Of a stretch of DNA of 41,800 nucleotides, positions 8,444 to 16,790 are shown piece after piece. Every line of letters begins with the position of its first letter. Positions within the stretch are counted from its first letter, which is position 1. Origin of the DNA: Escherichia phage vB_EcoD_Teewinot. The position numbers were made by a program, and so were the translations under genes. Below the pieces are notes generated by a model. That model worked only from the letters and a program-made list of their open reading frames with translations, did no database searches and was not told the origin of the DNA. The stretch lies in sequence record NC_073053.1; one strand, given 5' to 3'.

Positions 8444-9037
8444 GTGGCTGAAGTCTACTCATTCGCCGCCACTATTGCTACGTGGGTGGACAAGACGAAG
8501 GAGAACAACGACAAGGCGGTGCGGGCGTACGGTATGCAAATACTCGGACGCCTGGTCGAGATCTCCCCAGTGGGCGACCCCCGCCGGTGGAAAATTAACA
8601 GGGCTTACGCGCTCGCCCGCCAGCACGCAAACAAGGTGAACGCCGCACAGCGTCGCAAGAATGGCGGCAAACTGAAGCGCGGGCAGAAAAAGCACGCCAG
8701 CGTGCTGGTATCATTCAAGACTAAAAACGGCAACGTCACGTTCCGCCAGCGTGGCTGGGCTGCGAAGAATTACACCGGCGGACGCTTCCGGGGAAACTGG
8801 CAGGTTACGTTCGACCGCCCGGCTGTTGGCGCTATTGACCGCGTGGACAAGGCCGGAACGGCAACATTAGCCGCTGGGCGTGAAGTGTTAGCGCACTATG
8901 ATTCGAGTGAATACGGGTCGATCTGGTTTACTAACAACGTGCCATACGCGCAGCGACTTGAGTATGGCTGGAGTAAACAAGCGCCAGCGGGGATTGTTCG
9001 CGTCGTAGCGGCAGAAATTAATTCGAAGGTGAAATAA
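8444..9037 (+). CDS. putative head-tail joining protein (HK97 gp10-like, from memory)
   Basis: GTG start after AAGGGGC; 197 aa; C-terminal NNVPYAQRLEYGW resembles the conserved end of HK97 gp10-family proteins as I recall it. Unverified. Confidence 0.4.
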   Translation: MAEVYSFAATIATWVDKTKENNDKAVRAYGMQILGRLVEISPVGDPRRWKINRAYALARQHANKVNAAQRRKNGGKLKRGQKKHASVLVSFKTKNGNVTFRQRGWAAKNYTGGRFRGNWQVTFDRPAVGAIDRVDKAGTATLAAGREVLAHYDSSEYGSIWFTNNVPYAQRLEYGWSKQAPAGIVRVVAAEINSKVK

Positions 9038-9459
9038 TGAGCAATACCGCAATCCGCAAAGCGCTTAACAGCGTGGTTGAAGAGTTATCGGCAAGCCTGA
9101 GCACAAGCCAGCGTCCGATTAGGGTTAACTGGGAGAACGTGAGCGGCGACCACGCAAACGGCAGCGGTGTCTACCTGGAACCGTACCTGCTTCCGGCCCC
9201 TACCCAGTTTGTGGGCTTCCAGCAGAAGGGCCGTATCTATGCCGGTGTGTATCAGGTTGCCGTGGTGTTTCCCGCAGGAACTGGAACACAGTACGCGAGC
9301 GAACTGGCGGACGCCATCGCTACGTCTGATAAGTGGCTGGAGGTGAAGATTTCCGGTGCGTCATTTCAGCTTCAGGACGCGCCATACACCAGTTCAGTGA
9401 TTGAAGACGTTGATCGCGCCCGCATCGTGGTTACAGTGCCCTATTCCTGTTGTGCCTGA
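9037..9459 (+). CDS. hypothetical tail-completion/connector protein
   Basis: 140 aa ORF, start overlaps the previous stop (ATGA); position just upstream of the major tail protein gene. Confidence 0.45.
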   Translation: MSNTAIRKALNSVVEELSASLSTSQRPIRVNWENVSGDHANGSGVYLEPYLLPAPTQFVGFQQKGRIYAGVYQVAVVFPAGTGTQYASELADAIATSDKWLEVKISGASFQLQDAPYTSSVIEDVDRARIVVTVPYSCCA

Positions 9460-9460
9460 T

Positions 9461-9489
9461 TTGGCGCTATTCTGCGCGTGCTGTATCAT
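9461..9489 (+). promoter_or_regulatory. sigma70-like promoter for the major tail protein gene
   Basis: TTGGCG (9461-9466), 17-bp spacer, TATCAT (9484-9489). Confidence 0.35.
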
Positions 9490-9520
9490 TAAACCGTATA
9501 TCTAAACAGGAGCGTTCATT

Positions 9521-10246
9521 ATGGGTTATCAACTCCCCAACGGGTCCAGCGTCCAGATTGGGTCCGTACTGGGCAACGGCATCGCTGTTACGGCAGCTAC
9601 CAACGCCGCCGCGTCGATCTCCGACCTTACGCAAGGTTGCGTAATTACCTGCGCGGAGTCTCACGGTCTGGTTGTTGGCGACGTTGTTATGTTCACTAAA
9701 ACCCCGTGGGTCCGTGCGCTGAACCGCGCGTTCATCGTTGGTAAAGTATCGGGGAACGACGTTACACTGGCGCGCTTCGACACCGAAGACGTCACAAAAT
9801 ACCCGACCGGCGCTTTCAGCGTAGGCACTCCGGGCGAAGTGGTGAAGGTGTCGAGCTTTATCGACTTCCCTTTCATTACTAACGTTGCCGTGTCTGGTGG
9901 CGACCAGCAGACGACTACATTCCAGCCGTTGCAGGTGAACACCGCAATCAGTCTGAACACCACGAAAAACCCGTTGGTTCAGACTTACACCTTCACCCAC
10001 GACGAAGAAGACCCGATCCGCCCAATCCTGGAAGACCTGGACGACACACAGAAAACCACTGTGATTAAGTTCACTAACCCGGCAGCGGCAAGCGGCAAAG
10101 GTGAGATCCGTATTTACCCGGCTAAGGTATCTTTCCAGAAGATTCCGTCCGCTGAAGTAAACAACGTGGAAACAGTACAAGCCACTCTGACCATGCAGTC
10201 TGATATGGTTATCTACCGTAAGGATCTTGTCGAGGCATTGTCTTGA
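9521..10246 (+). CDS. major tail protein (putative)
   Basis: 241 aa ORF with AGGAGCG RBS, followed by a strong terminator and then the G/GT chaperone and tape measure genes. Confidence 0.6.
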   Translation: MGYQLPNGSSVQIGSVLGNGIAVTAATNAAASISDLTQGCVITCAESHGLVVGDVVMFTKTPWVRALNRAFIVGKVSGNDVTLARFDTEDVTKYPTGAFSVGTPGEVVKVSSFIDFPFITNVAVSGGDQQTTTFQPLQVNTAISLNTTKNPLVQTYTFTHDEEDPIRPILEDLDDTQKTTVIKFTNPAAASGKGEIRIYPAKVSFQKIPSAEVNNVETVQATLTMQSDMVIYRKDLVEALS

Positions 10247-10276
10247 TTTGGTCGCTTAAATAGCGAGTGATAATAT

Positions 10277-10300
10277 GGGGCCAGCACGGCCCCTTTTTTA
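10277..10300 (+). terminator. rho-independent terminator after the major tail protein gene
   Basis: GGGGCC-agcac-GGCCCC followed by TTTTTTA. Confidence 0.7.
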
Positions 10301-10315
10301 TTGGAGAATACTACA

Positions 10316-10678
10316 ATGGCTAAAGCACCACTCTTTACACTTGACCCTAAGCCAACCTTTAAGCTGCCGATTGAGATCCCGCGCCCTGGCGAGAACGAAC
10401 CGGGCAAGATGACGTTTACCGTCCGCCACCGCCCGATCGACGAATTTTCGCAAACCATGCAGGAAACTGAACGAAAGCTATCGGAATATGACGACAATGA
10501 CCCGGACGGCTTTAACGTTATGGTCGAGGCCATCATGCACGTCGCAGAAGGCTGGAATCTGCCGGACGAATTTAACGCGGAGAACGTCCGCCGCCTGGTG
10601 GTCAACTATCCGCGCGCGTTTGGCGTGTTCCACACGTCGTACTATCTCGAACTGATGGGGTTGCGTGAAAAAAACTAA
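10316..10678 (+). CDS. tail assembly chaperone (G-like)
   Basis: ATG 10316 preceded by GGAGA; 120 aa, acidic; ends at TAA 10676-10678 directly after an A-run slippery site. Confidence 0.6.
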   Translation: MAKAPLFTLDPKPTFKLPIEIPRPGENEPGKMTFTVRHRPIDEFSQTMQETERKLSEYDDNDPDGFNVMVEAIMHVAEGWNLPDEFNAENVRRLVVNYPRAFGVFHTSYYLELMGLREKN

Positions 10679-10992
10679 TTGAGGCGGCGCGACGCTTTTA
10701 TGGCCCGCCGCCACCCTCCGAAGATTTAGCCGCAAGTTTATGGGGTGCGGCCCCCGAAGATGTTTGTCCGCCTGTTGCGCTATGGCCCGACAACGCGAAG
10801 GTAGTCGCAGTCTTCACAGATTGCTCCACGCAATGGCGCACCGGTTTTGGTGGCGCATACGGCATCGACTACGGCGTGCTGGAGTGGTTATTTAAGATGC
10901 ACGGTATCGAAAACGAGCAGCGCGCGTTTAAAGATATCAAGCTAATGGAGCGAATCGCGCTTGATGAGATGGCGCAGCAGAACCCCGCATAA
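10316..10992 (+). CDS. tail assembly chaperone GT-like fusion made by -1 programmed frameshift
   Basis: The -1 frame is open with no stop from 10675 to TAA 10990-10992 (hand-translated: LIEAARRFYGPPPPSEDLAASLWGAAPEDVCPPVALWPDNAKVVAVFTDCSTQWRTGFGGAYGIDYGVLEWLFKMHGIENEQRAFKDIKLMERIALDEMAQQNPA). It has no ATG of its own. Slippery heptamer A AAA AAC lies at 10669-10675. Confidence 0.55.
10669..10675 (+). promoter_or_regulatory. -1 ribosomal frameshift slippery heptamer (A AAA AAC)
   Basis: X XXY YYZ heptamer in the last codons of the G-like ORF; the downstream -1 frame is open for about 105 codons. Confidence 0.5.
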
Positions 10993-11135
10993 TGAAGCGG
11001 GACAGGCGGGACGTCCCGTTTTGTCCCGCCTCTGTAAAACTGCATATCTACTCACTTCCACTGCATAAACTCAAAACGGGACAAGCGGGACGTCCCGCTT
11101 TGTCCCGCCCTGTAAATGTGCATACCTATGCAGTT
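10993..11135. repeat. pair of 30-bp GGGAC palindromes with TGCATA-containing spacers
   Basis: Two near-identical imperfect palindromes CGGGACAAGCGGGACGTCCCGCTTTGTCCCGCC around 11003-11040 and 11084-11120, each centred on GGGACGTCCC, separated by CTGTAAA(N)TGCATA-type repeats. Confidence 0.7.
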
Positions 11136-11139
11136 TTAT

Positions 11140-11313
11140 TGCATAAAGTAAGCGGGACAAAAAGCGGGACAAACAAGGGGCGGGACAAAGCGGGACAGCA
11201 CCCCGTCCCCGCCAGTGCTGCCGCGGTTTTCAGCCGATCGGGACAGCGGGACAGCACCCCAGTCTTTCAGACTAGACGGGGGTCAATGGCCCCCCTCGTC
11301 TGAGACTGAATAA
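11140..11313. repeat. 174-bp GCGGGACA-array element, copy A
   Basis: Four tandem GCGGGACA units spaced about one helical turn apart, a variable centre, two more GGGACAG units, then a long imperfect hairpin (AGACGGGGG...CCCCCCTCGTCT). Near-identical copy at 37996-38169. Confidence 0.8.
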
Positions 11314-11331
11314 GGTTTGTTTTGAAATCGC

Positions 11332-11340
11332 TGATACAAT
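11332..11340 (+). promoter_or_regulatory. extended -10 promoter element upstream of the tape measure gene
   Basis: TGaTACAAT at 11332-11340; no good -35. Low confidence. Confidence 0.25.
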
Positions 11341-11376
11341 ATCCATCGGCAACTGCATAAAAAAGGGGACTGCATA

Positions 11377-14019
11377 ATGGCAGGTCAGGCAGCAGGCATC
11401 ACGCTAAAGGCTGATGTTGCACAAATCAGAACGGCAAATACTGTGCTGGACTCCTTCGCACAGAAATCCGAGAACACAGAAAACAAGGTTAAGAAATTAA
11501 ACGACACCCTCGGCAAATCCAAAAAGGTGACGAGTGACGCCGCGGGCGGAATGGAAAAGCTGGCAAACGAATCGCAGCGCGCCGCCGATGGCATGACGAA
11601 ACAGGAGCGACTCGCCAACAGGTTAGGCATGTCGACTAAAAACTTGGGCTTTGCCTCGCGTAACGCCGCATTCCAGTTACAGGATATCGCAGTTACGCTT
11701 GAGATGGGGATGCCGGTACACCGCGTTATGCTTCAGCAGTTACCGCAGCTAACTGGGGCGTTCGGTGGATTGGGTAACACTCTGCGTTATGTTGCTGGCT
11801 TCCTCGGTCCAGTTGGGATCGGCCTTGCTGCGGTAACGGCAACGTTAGGCGTGGGCGTAGCAATTACGTCCCGCGCAGAGAACCAGGTCGCAGCGCTTAA
11901 CAAGACGCTGGCGCTGTCAGGTAACATTTCCGGCCTAACGGCAAACCAGATCCTGGTGCTATCCGAGAACGCCGAGCGCATGGGCGGGTCGTTCCGCAAG
12001 ACGCGTGACACAATCCAGGCGCTGGCGGCGGCGGGTGTGAAAGCGGGGGCGGACTTCGGCCCGCTGGCGAAGGTTGTGAATGACTTCGCGAAGGCGTCTA
12101 ATCAGCCGATCCCTGACGTGGTTGAATCCATCTCAAAATTGTCGAACGACCCAGTGGGCGGACTGCGTGCGCTGGCGGATAAGTATCATGTCGTTACCGA
12201 GGCGCAGATCCAGCAGGTGCAATCGCTTGTAGATATGGGGCGTGAAACGGACGCGGTTGCTCTGGCTAACAAAACAGCCGCTGCGTCGTTCTCCAGCATG
12301 ACCGATGAGGTAAAGTCCAACATGGGTACGCTTGAGCGGTCGATGAACGTAGTTACATCGGCAGCTAAATCTATGTGGGATGCCATCCTGGATGTGGGCC
12401 GCGCGCAGTCCTCGAATGAGTCCGAGATGAAAGCGCGTGAGTCCTTGCAGCGCATGACCACGGCGTACTATGCCGAGATGAGGGCGGTAAACGCTGCCGG
12501 TGGGGTAATGACCGAAGCGCAGAAAGCGCGTATTAACATGCTTTACAGCGAACTGGTCGCCCAGGAAAAGGTAGTAGCGTCGCTCACCCTTCGCAACCGT
12601 GCCGAGCGAGACAGCGCCAGCGCCGCGGATGAAGCAGCAAAGGCGAACGAGGAGGCAAACCGCGCCGCCCGCGACCGCTCCGCGTTTGAGAAGGAGTACG
12701 CAACCAACGCGAAGCGGCGAGCCGACGAGATCGCCCGCCTAAATTTGCTGAATAAGCGCGGTGTTATTAACGAGAAAGAACTAGCCGAGGCGGTGAAGCA
12801 GGTCAACGAGCGTTACAAAGACCCCGCGCCGAAGAAAGCGGAGGCAGTTCGAGTCGATGCCGGGCTGAAAATGCTGGAAGTCGCGCGAAGCGAATTAGCC
12901 CAGCTTCGTGAGTCTGGAAAGCAGATCGAAGCCAACGCATCGACGCAGACCCGCACGCAACGCGCGCAAGCGTCCCTGAACAAGCTGATTGCCGATAATG
13001 AGCAGTTAATCACCGCGAGCAAGGAGCGCGCACTCACGGCAGCAGAAAAGCAGCAAACGGCGGCGTTCGAGGCGGTTAAATCGGTACGCGAGCAGATCGT
13101 CGAAGAAGCCAAATTGCTGGACGCGAAAGAGAAGCAGATCAAAGCACACGCCCAGGTCGATGCATTCATCAAGAACCAGAACGCCGAGCTAAAAGCCACC
13201 GCGGCGGGATATGCGCTTTCCACTCGCGAAGCGGCTAACCTGCGCGAAGAATTGCAGCTAATTGATCGCCTGAAGCGGGTGGGCGCTAACGATACCGATA
13301 TTGATCTGGCGGTGTCTAAGCTGCGCGAAGTGCAGGAAGCACAGACCGGTGCTAACGCCTCGCTATGGGATGGCTTCAGCCGCGGGCTTAAGGATAGTGT
13401 TGATGAAATGGGTAACGGCTATACGCAGATGACGTCACTCACAAAATTCACGTTCGGCGCTATGCAGGACACGATGAACGAGTTTTTCGAGACTGGCAAG
13501 CTGAACGCAAAAGATATGGTTAAGTCCATTCTGAGCGAATTAATAAAGCTGGCTACCTCGCAGGCGTTCAAGTCCATCGTTAGCGCTTTCGGCGGTGACG
13601 GCGGCAAAAACGGATTGTTCGGCGCTATTTTCTCCGGCCTCACTAAGAATGCGGACGGCGGAGCGTACGCAGGGGGCAACCTCGCGGCCTATTCGGGGCA
13701 AGTGGTAAGCCAGCCCACCTTTTTCAGTTATGGCGTCCAGGCGTTCGCTAAGGGCGCAGGATTGATGGGGGAGGCTGGCCCCGAGGCCATCATGCCGCTT
13801 AAGCGCGGGCCAGACGGTAAACTTGGCGTTGCCGCGGCAGGCGGTGTCGGGGGAATGATTGTAACGACCAACGTTAACATGGGGACCGGTAAGACGGATA
13901 CCAGTGTTAGCGGTCCAGACCCGCGCACCGCGCAGGCGTTCGGAAAGCAAATCACCGAGTCGGTCAAGGCCGAGATCGTGAAGGCGACGAAACCGGGTGG
14001 TGTACTTTACAAACGATGA
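11377..14019 (+). CDS. tail tape measure protein
   Basis: 880 aa, long helical A/Q/K/E-rich protein with glycine-rich C-terminal part, AAGGGGA RBS; located after the G/GT chaperone and before the tail tip genes. Confidence 0.85.
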   Translation: MAGQAAGITLKADVAQIRTANTVLDSFAQKSENTENKVKKLNDTLGKSKKVTSDAAGGMEKLANESQRAADGMTKQERLANRLGMSTKNLGFASRNAAFQLQDIAVTLEMGMPVHRVMLQQLPQLTGAFGGLGNTLRYVAGFLGPVGIGLAAVTATLGVGVAITSRAENQVAALNKTLALSGNISGLTANQILVLSENAERMGGSFRKTRDTIQALAAAGVKAGADFGPLAKVVNDFAKASNQPIPDVVESISKLSNDPVGGLRALADKYHVVTEAQIQQVQSLVDMGRETDAVALANKTAAASFSSMTDEVKSNMGTLERSMNVVTSAAKSMWDAILDVGRAQSSNESEMKARESLQRMTTAYYAEMRAVNAAGGVMTEAQKARINMLYSELVAQEKVVASLTLRNRAERDSASAADEAAKANEEANRAARDRSAFEKEYATNAKRRADEIARLNLLNKRGVINEKELAEAVKQVNERYKDPAPKKAEAVRVDAGLKMLEVARSELAQLRESGKQIEANASTQTRTQRAQASLNKLIADNEQLITASKERALTAAEKQQTAAFEAVKSVREQIVEEAKLLDAKEKQIKAHAQVDAFIKNQNAELKATAAGYALSTREAANLREELQLIDRLKRVGANDTDIDLAVSKLREVQEAQTGANASLWDGFSRGLKDSVDEMGNGYTQMTSLTKFTFGAMQDTMNEFFETGKLNAKDMVKSILSELIKLATSQAFKSIVSAFGGDGGKNGLFGAIFSGLTKNADGGAYAGGNLAAYSGQVVSQPTFFSYGVQAFAKGAGLMGEAGPEAIMPLKRGPDGKLGVAAAGGVGGMIVTTNVNMGTGKTDTSVSGPDPRTAQAFGKQITESVKAEIVKATKPGGVLYKR

Positions 14020-14028
14020 TAAAATGGC

Positions 14029-14054
14029 CCTCACTACAACGTGGGGGCTTTTTT
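14029..14054 (+). terminator. hairpin plus T-tract (attenuator-like) abutting the next start codon
   Basis: GGCCCTCAC-tacaac-GTGGGGGC (one mismatch) followed by TTTTTT, then ATG 14055 immediately; the only SD-like GGGGG is inside the stem. Confidence 0.35.
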
Positions 14055-14654
14055 ATGGCGCAAGGTACAATCACACTAACTAAGGGAAGTAAGACCATCA
14101 CAGGCGTGGGAACCGCGTTCTTGAGCGAGATCGGGAAGGTCCGCGTATTTACCCGCATCGACGGCAACGACTACACCGGAAAAATTGCGGCATTCAACTC
14201 TAACACCGTCATCACCCTGGCGGATAACTGGGCCGGACCGACAAAAGCCGGTGCAGCTTATGAGCTAATCGAAGCGCACGACCCGCGATCAAACGAATGG
14301 CCCTATTACTGGCACATGCAATTGCAAGGTGGCGGAGACGTGCAGTTGGCTTTCCGGTCCGAGGAATTGCAGTTTGGTAATGGCTACGGACAGAACATCG
14401 CGGACGGCCCGAACGCCGAAACGAAACAGTTCCCCGTGCAATTCGTCGGGCTGACTACGGACAAGTGGTGCAACCCTAAACTGGTTTACAACTTCCTTCG
14501 CGGGCACTTCGTCAAGCCGTTTGTCGTCACCGCGCCGGATGGCGAAACAGGTTTATTCGTGGTCGAGCGTTCGAGCTTGTCGTACACGGACAACGGACAC
14601 CTCACGGCAACCGTATCCGCCACCCTTAAGACTGCTATTGGATTCGTAAGATGA
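14055..14654 (+). CDS. minor tail protein (M position), fibre-like N-terminal domain
   Basis: 199 aa from ATG 14055 (MAQGTITLTKGSKTITGVGTAF...); the N-terminus is paralogous to that of the ORF at 21541. Confidence 0.5.
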   Translation: MAQGTITLTKGSKTITGVGTAFLSEIGKVRVFTRIDGNDYTGKIAAFNSNTVITLADNWAGPTKAGAAYELIEAHDPRSNEWPYYWHMQLQGGGDVQLAFRSEELQFGNGYGQNIADGPNAETKQFPVQFVGLTTDKWCNPKLVYNFLRGHFVKPFVVTAPDGETGLFVVERSSLSYTDNGHLTATVSATLKTAIGFVR

Positions 14655-15439
14655 ATAAACTTTATCGCGAGGCGACGCGCTTTGACCCATCGGGTCGCGT
14701 TCGCCTGATTCACATTGACGCGCAGGACGTGGAACCAGGCGACGGTGCGATCGGCGCGGGCCATCACTATTTCCACTACTGCTTTATTCCGCACACTGCC
14801 GAGGATATTGCTGCCGCCGGTGGTGACGAGGATAAGCTAAAACCTAAATCAATCTTCTTCGGCGGGCAGGAGTTCGAATTTTGGCCCTTCGATTTGTCCG
14901 GCCTTAACTTCTCCACATCGACGGCGGCAGAACCGCAACTAACAATCGTCGATATTGGCGGCATAATAACCCGGCTGTCGCTGAACCACGATCAGCTACT
15001 TGGCGCGAAGGTTGAGATCATTGATACGTTCGCGAAGTTCCTGGATAACGGGACAGATCCAGACCCGACGCAGAAACGAGTTCAGGAGTATTACATCGAC
15101 TCCCAGGTGGGCCGAAATCCGGGCAAGCAAATTACCTTCGCACTATCCTCGCCTGCGGATATGGAAGGGCAGGTCGTTCCCCGTCGCCAAATCATGAACA
15201 TGTGCGAATGGGCGCTCAACGGGAAGTACGCCAGCGGGGACGGGTGCACCTGGAACCTTGCGAAGCCTGGTATAAAGTATTATGACGAGCGAGGTAATGA
15301 AGTCATCGCGATGAACATGGACCGATGCGGCGGCTGTTTGTCAGACTGTTATCTTCGATTTGGGCAAGGGCTTGCGGACCCTAAAGCGGCGGTGCTGGAC
15401 TTCGGCGGCTTTCCGGGGTCCAGATTAATTAAGGGGTAG
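14651..15439 (+). CDS. minor tail protein L-like
   Basis: 262 aa; C-terminal cysteine cluster (C..C...CGGCLSDC), as in the Fe-S-binding C-terminus of lambda gpL; position after the M-position gene. Confidence 0.6.
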   Translation: MNKLYREATRFDPSGRVRLIHIDAQDVEPGDGAIGAGHHYFHYCFIPHTAEDIAAAGGDEDKLKPKSIFFGGQEFEFWPFDLSGLNFSTSTAAEPQLTIVDIGGIITRLSLNHDQLLGAKVEIIDTFAKFLDNGTDPDPTQKRVQEYYIDSQVGRNPGKQITFALSSPADMEGQVVPRRQIMNMCEWALNGKYASGDGCTWNLAKPGIKYYDERGNEVIAMNMDRCGGCLSDCYLRFGQGLADPKAAVLDFGGFPGSRLIKG

Positions 15440-15441
15440 TT

Positions 15442-16182
15442 ATGTTAACGAGAAAGGTTAAAAGCGATATCGCCGCACACGTTGCGGCGTGTCTGCCGGA
15501 AGAAGCCTGTGGGCTGGTCGTCATGGTGGGTCGTAAGCAAGTATTCGTACCATGTCAGAACGTATTCGAAGACCCGACCGGCGTGCGCTCCCGCAAAGAC
15601 GCTTTTACGATTAGTGATATGGCCTGGATGGATGCCGAGGATATGGGCGACGTCGTGCGCGTAGTCCACTCACACCCGGGTCAGCGCGAGTTAACCCCCT
15701 CACTGGGCGACGTTAACGGATGCAACGGCAGCGGCGTAGTGTGGACCATCACTAACGAATATGGCGACTTTATTGAGATTGACCCGGAAGACCCGCCGCT
15801 GGTAGGCCGCCGATTTGTTCTCGGAATTACGGATTGTTACGGCCTCGTCATGGACTGGCACAAAAAGCAGGGAGTAAATTTGCCAGACTTCCGCGTGCCG
15901 TATAACTGGTGGGAGACAGGCGAAAATCTGTATATGGATAACTGGTACGGCGCTGGATTCAGGGAATGCGAGGAGAATACGCCGGGGGCGATGGTCATCA
16001 TGCAGATTAGCGCGCCAGTGCCTAACCACGCCGGGATATTCCTTCCGGGCAACCAACTCCTACACCATATCTACGGCAGTCTGTCGAGCGTGATACCCTT
16101 CCGGTCAGGATTTTTCCGGGACAATGTGGTTAAATGGGTACGTCATAAAGACCTACCGGGGAATATAACAGAATGGCAATGA
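15442..16182 (+). CDS. tail assembly protein K-like (JAB/MPN plus NlpC/P60-type)
   Basis: 246 aa; VVHSHPGQRELTPSLGD resembles the JAMM metal-binding motif, offset by one residue; position between L-like and I-like genes. Confidence 0.65.
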   Translation: MLTRKVKSDIAAHVAACLPEEACGLVVMVGRKQVFVPCQNVFEDPTGVRSRKDAFTISDMAWMDAEDMGDVVRVVHSHPGQRELTPSLGDVNGCNGSGVVWTITNEYGDFIEIDPEDPPLVGRRFVLGITDCYGLVMDWHKKQGVNLPDFRVPYNWWETGENLYMDNWYGAGFRECEENTPGAMVIMQISAPVPNHAGIFLPGNQLLHHIYGSLSSVIPFRSGFFRDNVVKWVRHKDLPGNITEWQ

Positions 16183-16790
16183 CCACATTTAAATTATACG
16201 GCGTTTTAGGACGTCGATTCGGTAAAGTGCATAAGCTGGACTGCTTCACACCGGGCGAGGGTATCACCGGCCTGTGCGTGAAGTTACCCGGCTTACAGGA
16301 CTTTCTAATGTCGGCCCACCTGGACAATATGATGTTCAAGGTGCGCAAAGGCGACCACACGATGACCGGCTATGATGAGCTGGGCGAGTTCCACGGCAAC
16401 CGCGTAGTTACCATCGCGCCGGTTATGACGGGCGCAAAAAGCGGGTTGGGACAATTGCTGGCGGGTGTCGCGATCGTAGTGGCGTCGTTCTATACGGGCG
16501 GACTTGCTGCTGCCGCTTTCGGGGCTTCGGCTGCAACCGCTGCCGCTATCGGGACGGCGACGTTTTCGTTCGGGATGTCGATGGCGCTGGGTGGCGTTAT
16601 GCAATTGCTGTCGCCACAACCGAAAGGATTGCAGACAAGGCAGGACGTGGATAACAAAGCGTCGTACGCGTTCGGCGGGCCAGTGAATACAACAGCGCAA
16701 GGCACGGCGCTTGGTGTATTATGGGGCGAGCGTGAGATCGGCGGCGCTATTATTTCAGCCGGAATCGTAACCGAGGACTTGAACGAATGA
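16173..16790 (+). CDS. tail assembly protein I-like
   Basis: 205 aa with glycine/alanine-rich hydrophobic central segment, overlapping the K-like stop and the J-like start. Confidence 0.55.
   Translation: MAMTTFKLYGVLGRRFGKVHKLDCFTPGEGITGLCVKLPGLQDFLMSAHLDNMMFKVRKGDHTMTGYDELGEFHGNRVVTIAPVMTGAKSGLGQLLAGVAIVVASFYTGGLAAAAFGASAATAAAIGTATFSFGMSMALGGVMQLLSPQPKGLQTRQDVDNKASYAFGGPVNTTAQGTALGVLWGEREIGGAIISAGIVTEDLNE

Noticed and set aside
10992-11303. Track ORF of 103 aa across the GGGAC palindromes and GCGGGACA array
   Set aside because: It is the translation of palindromic and tandem-repeat DNA, has no RBS, and its C-terminus is simply the repeat shared with copy B. Treated as non-coding.
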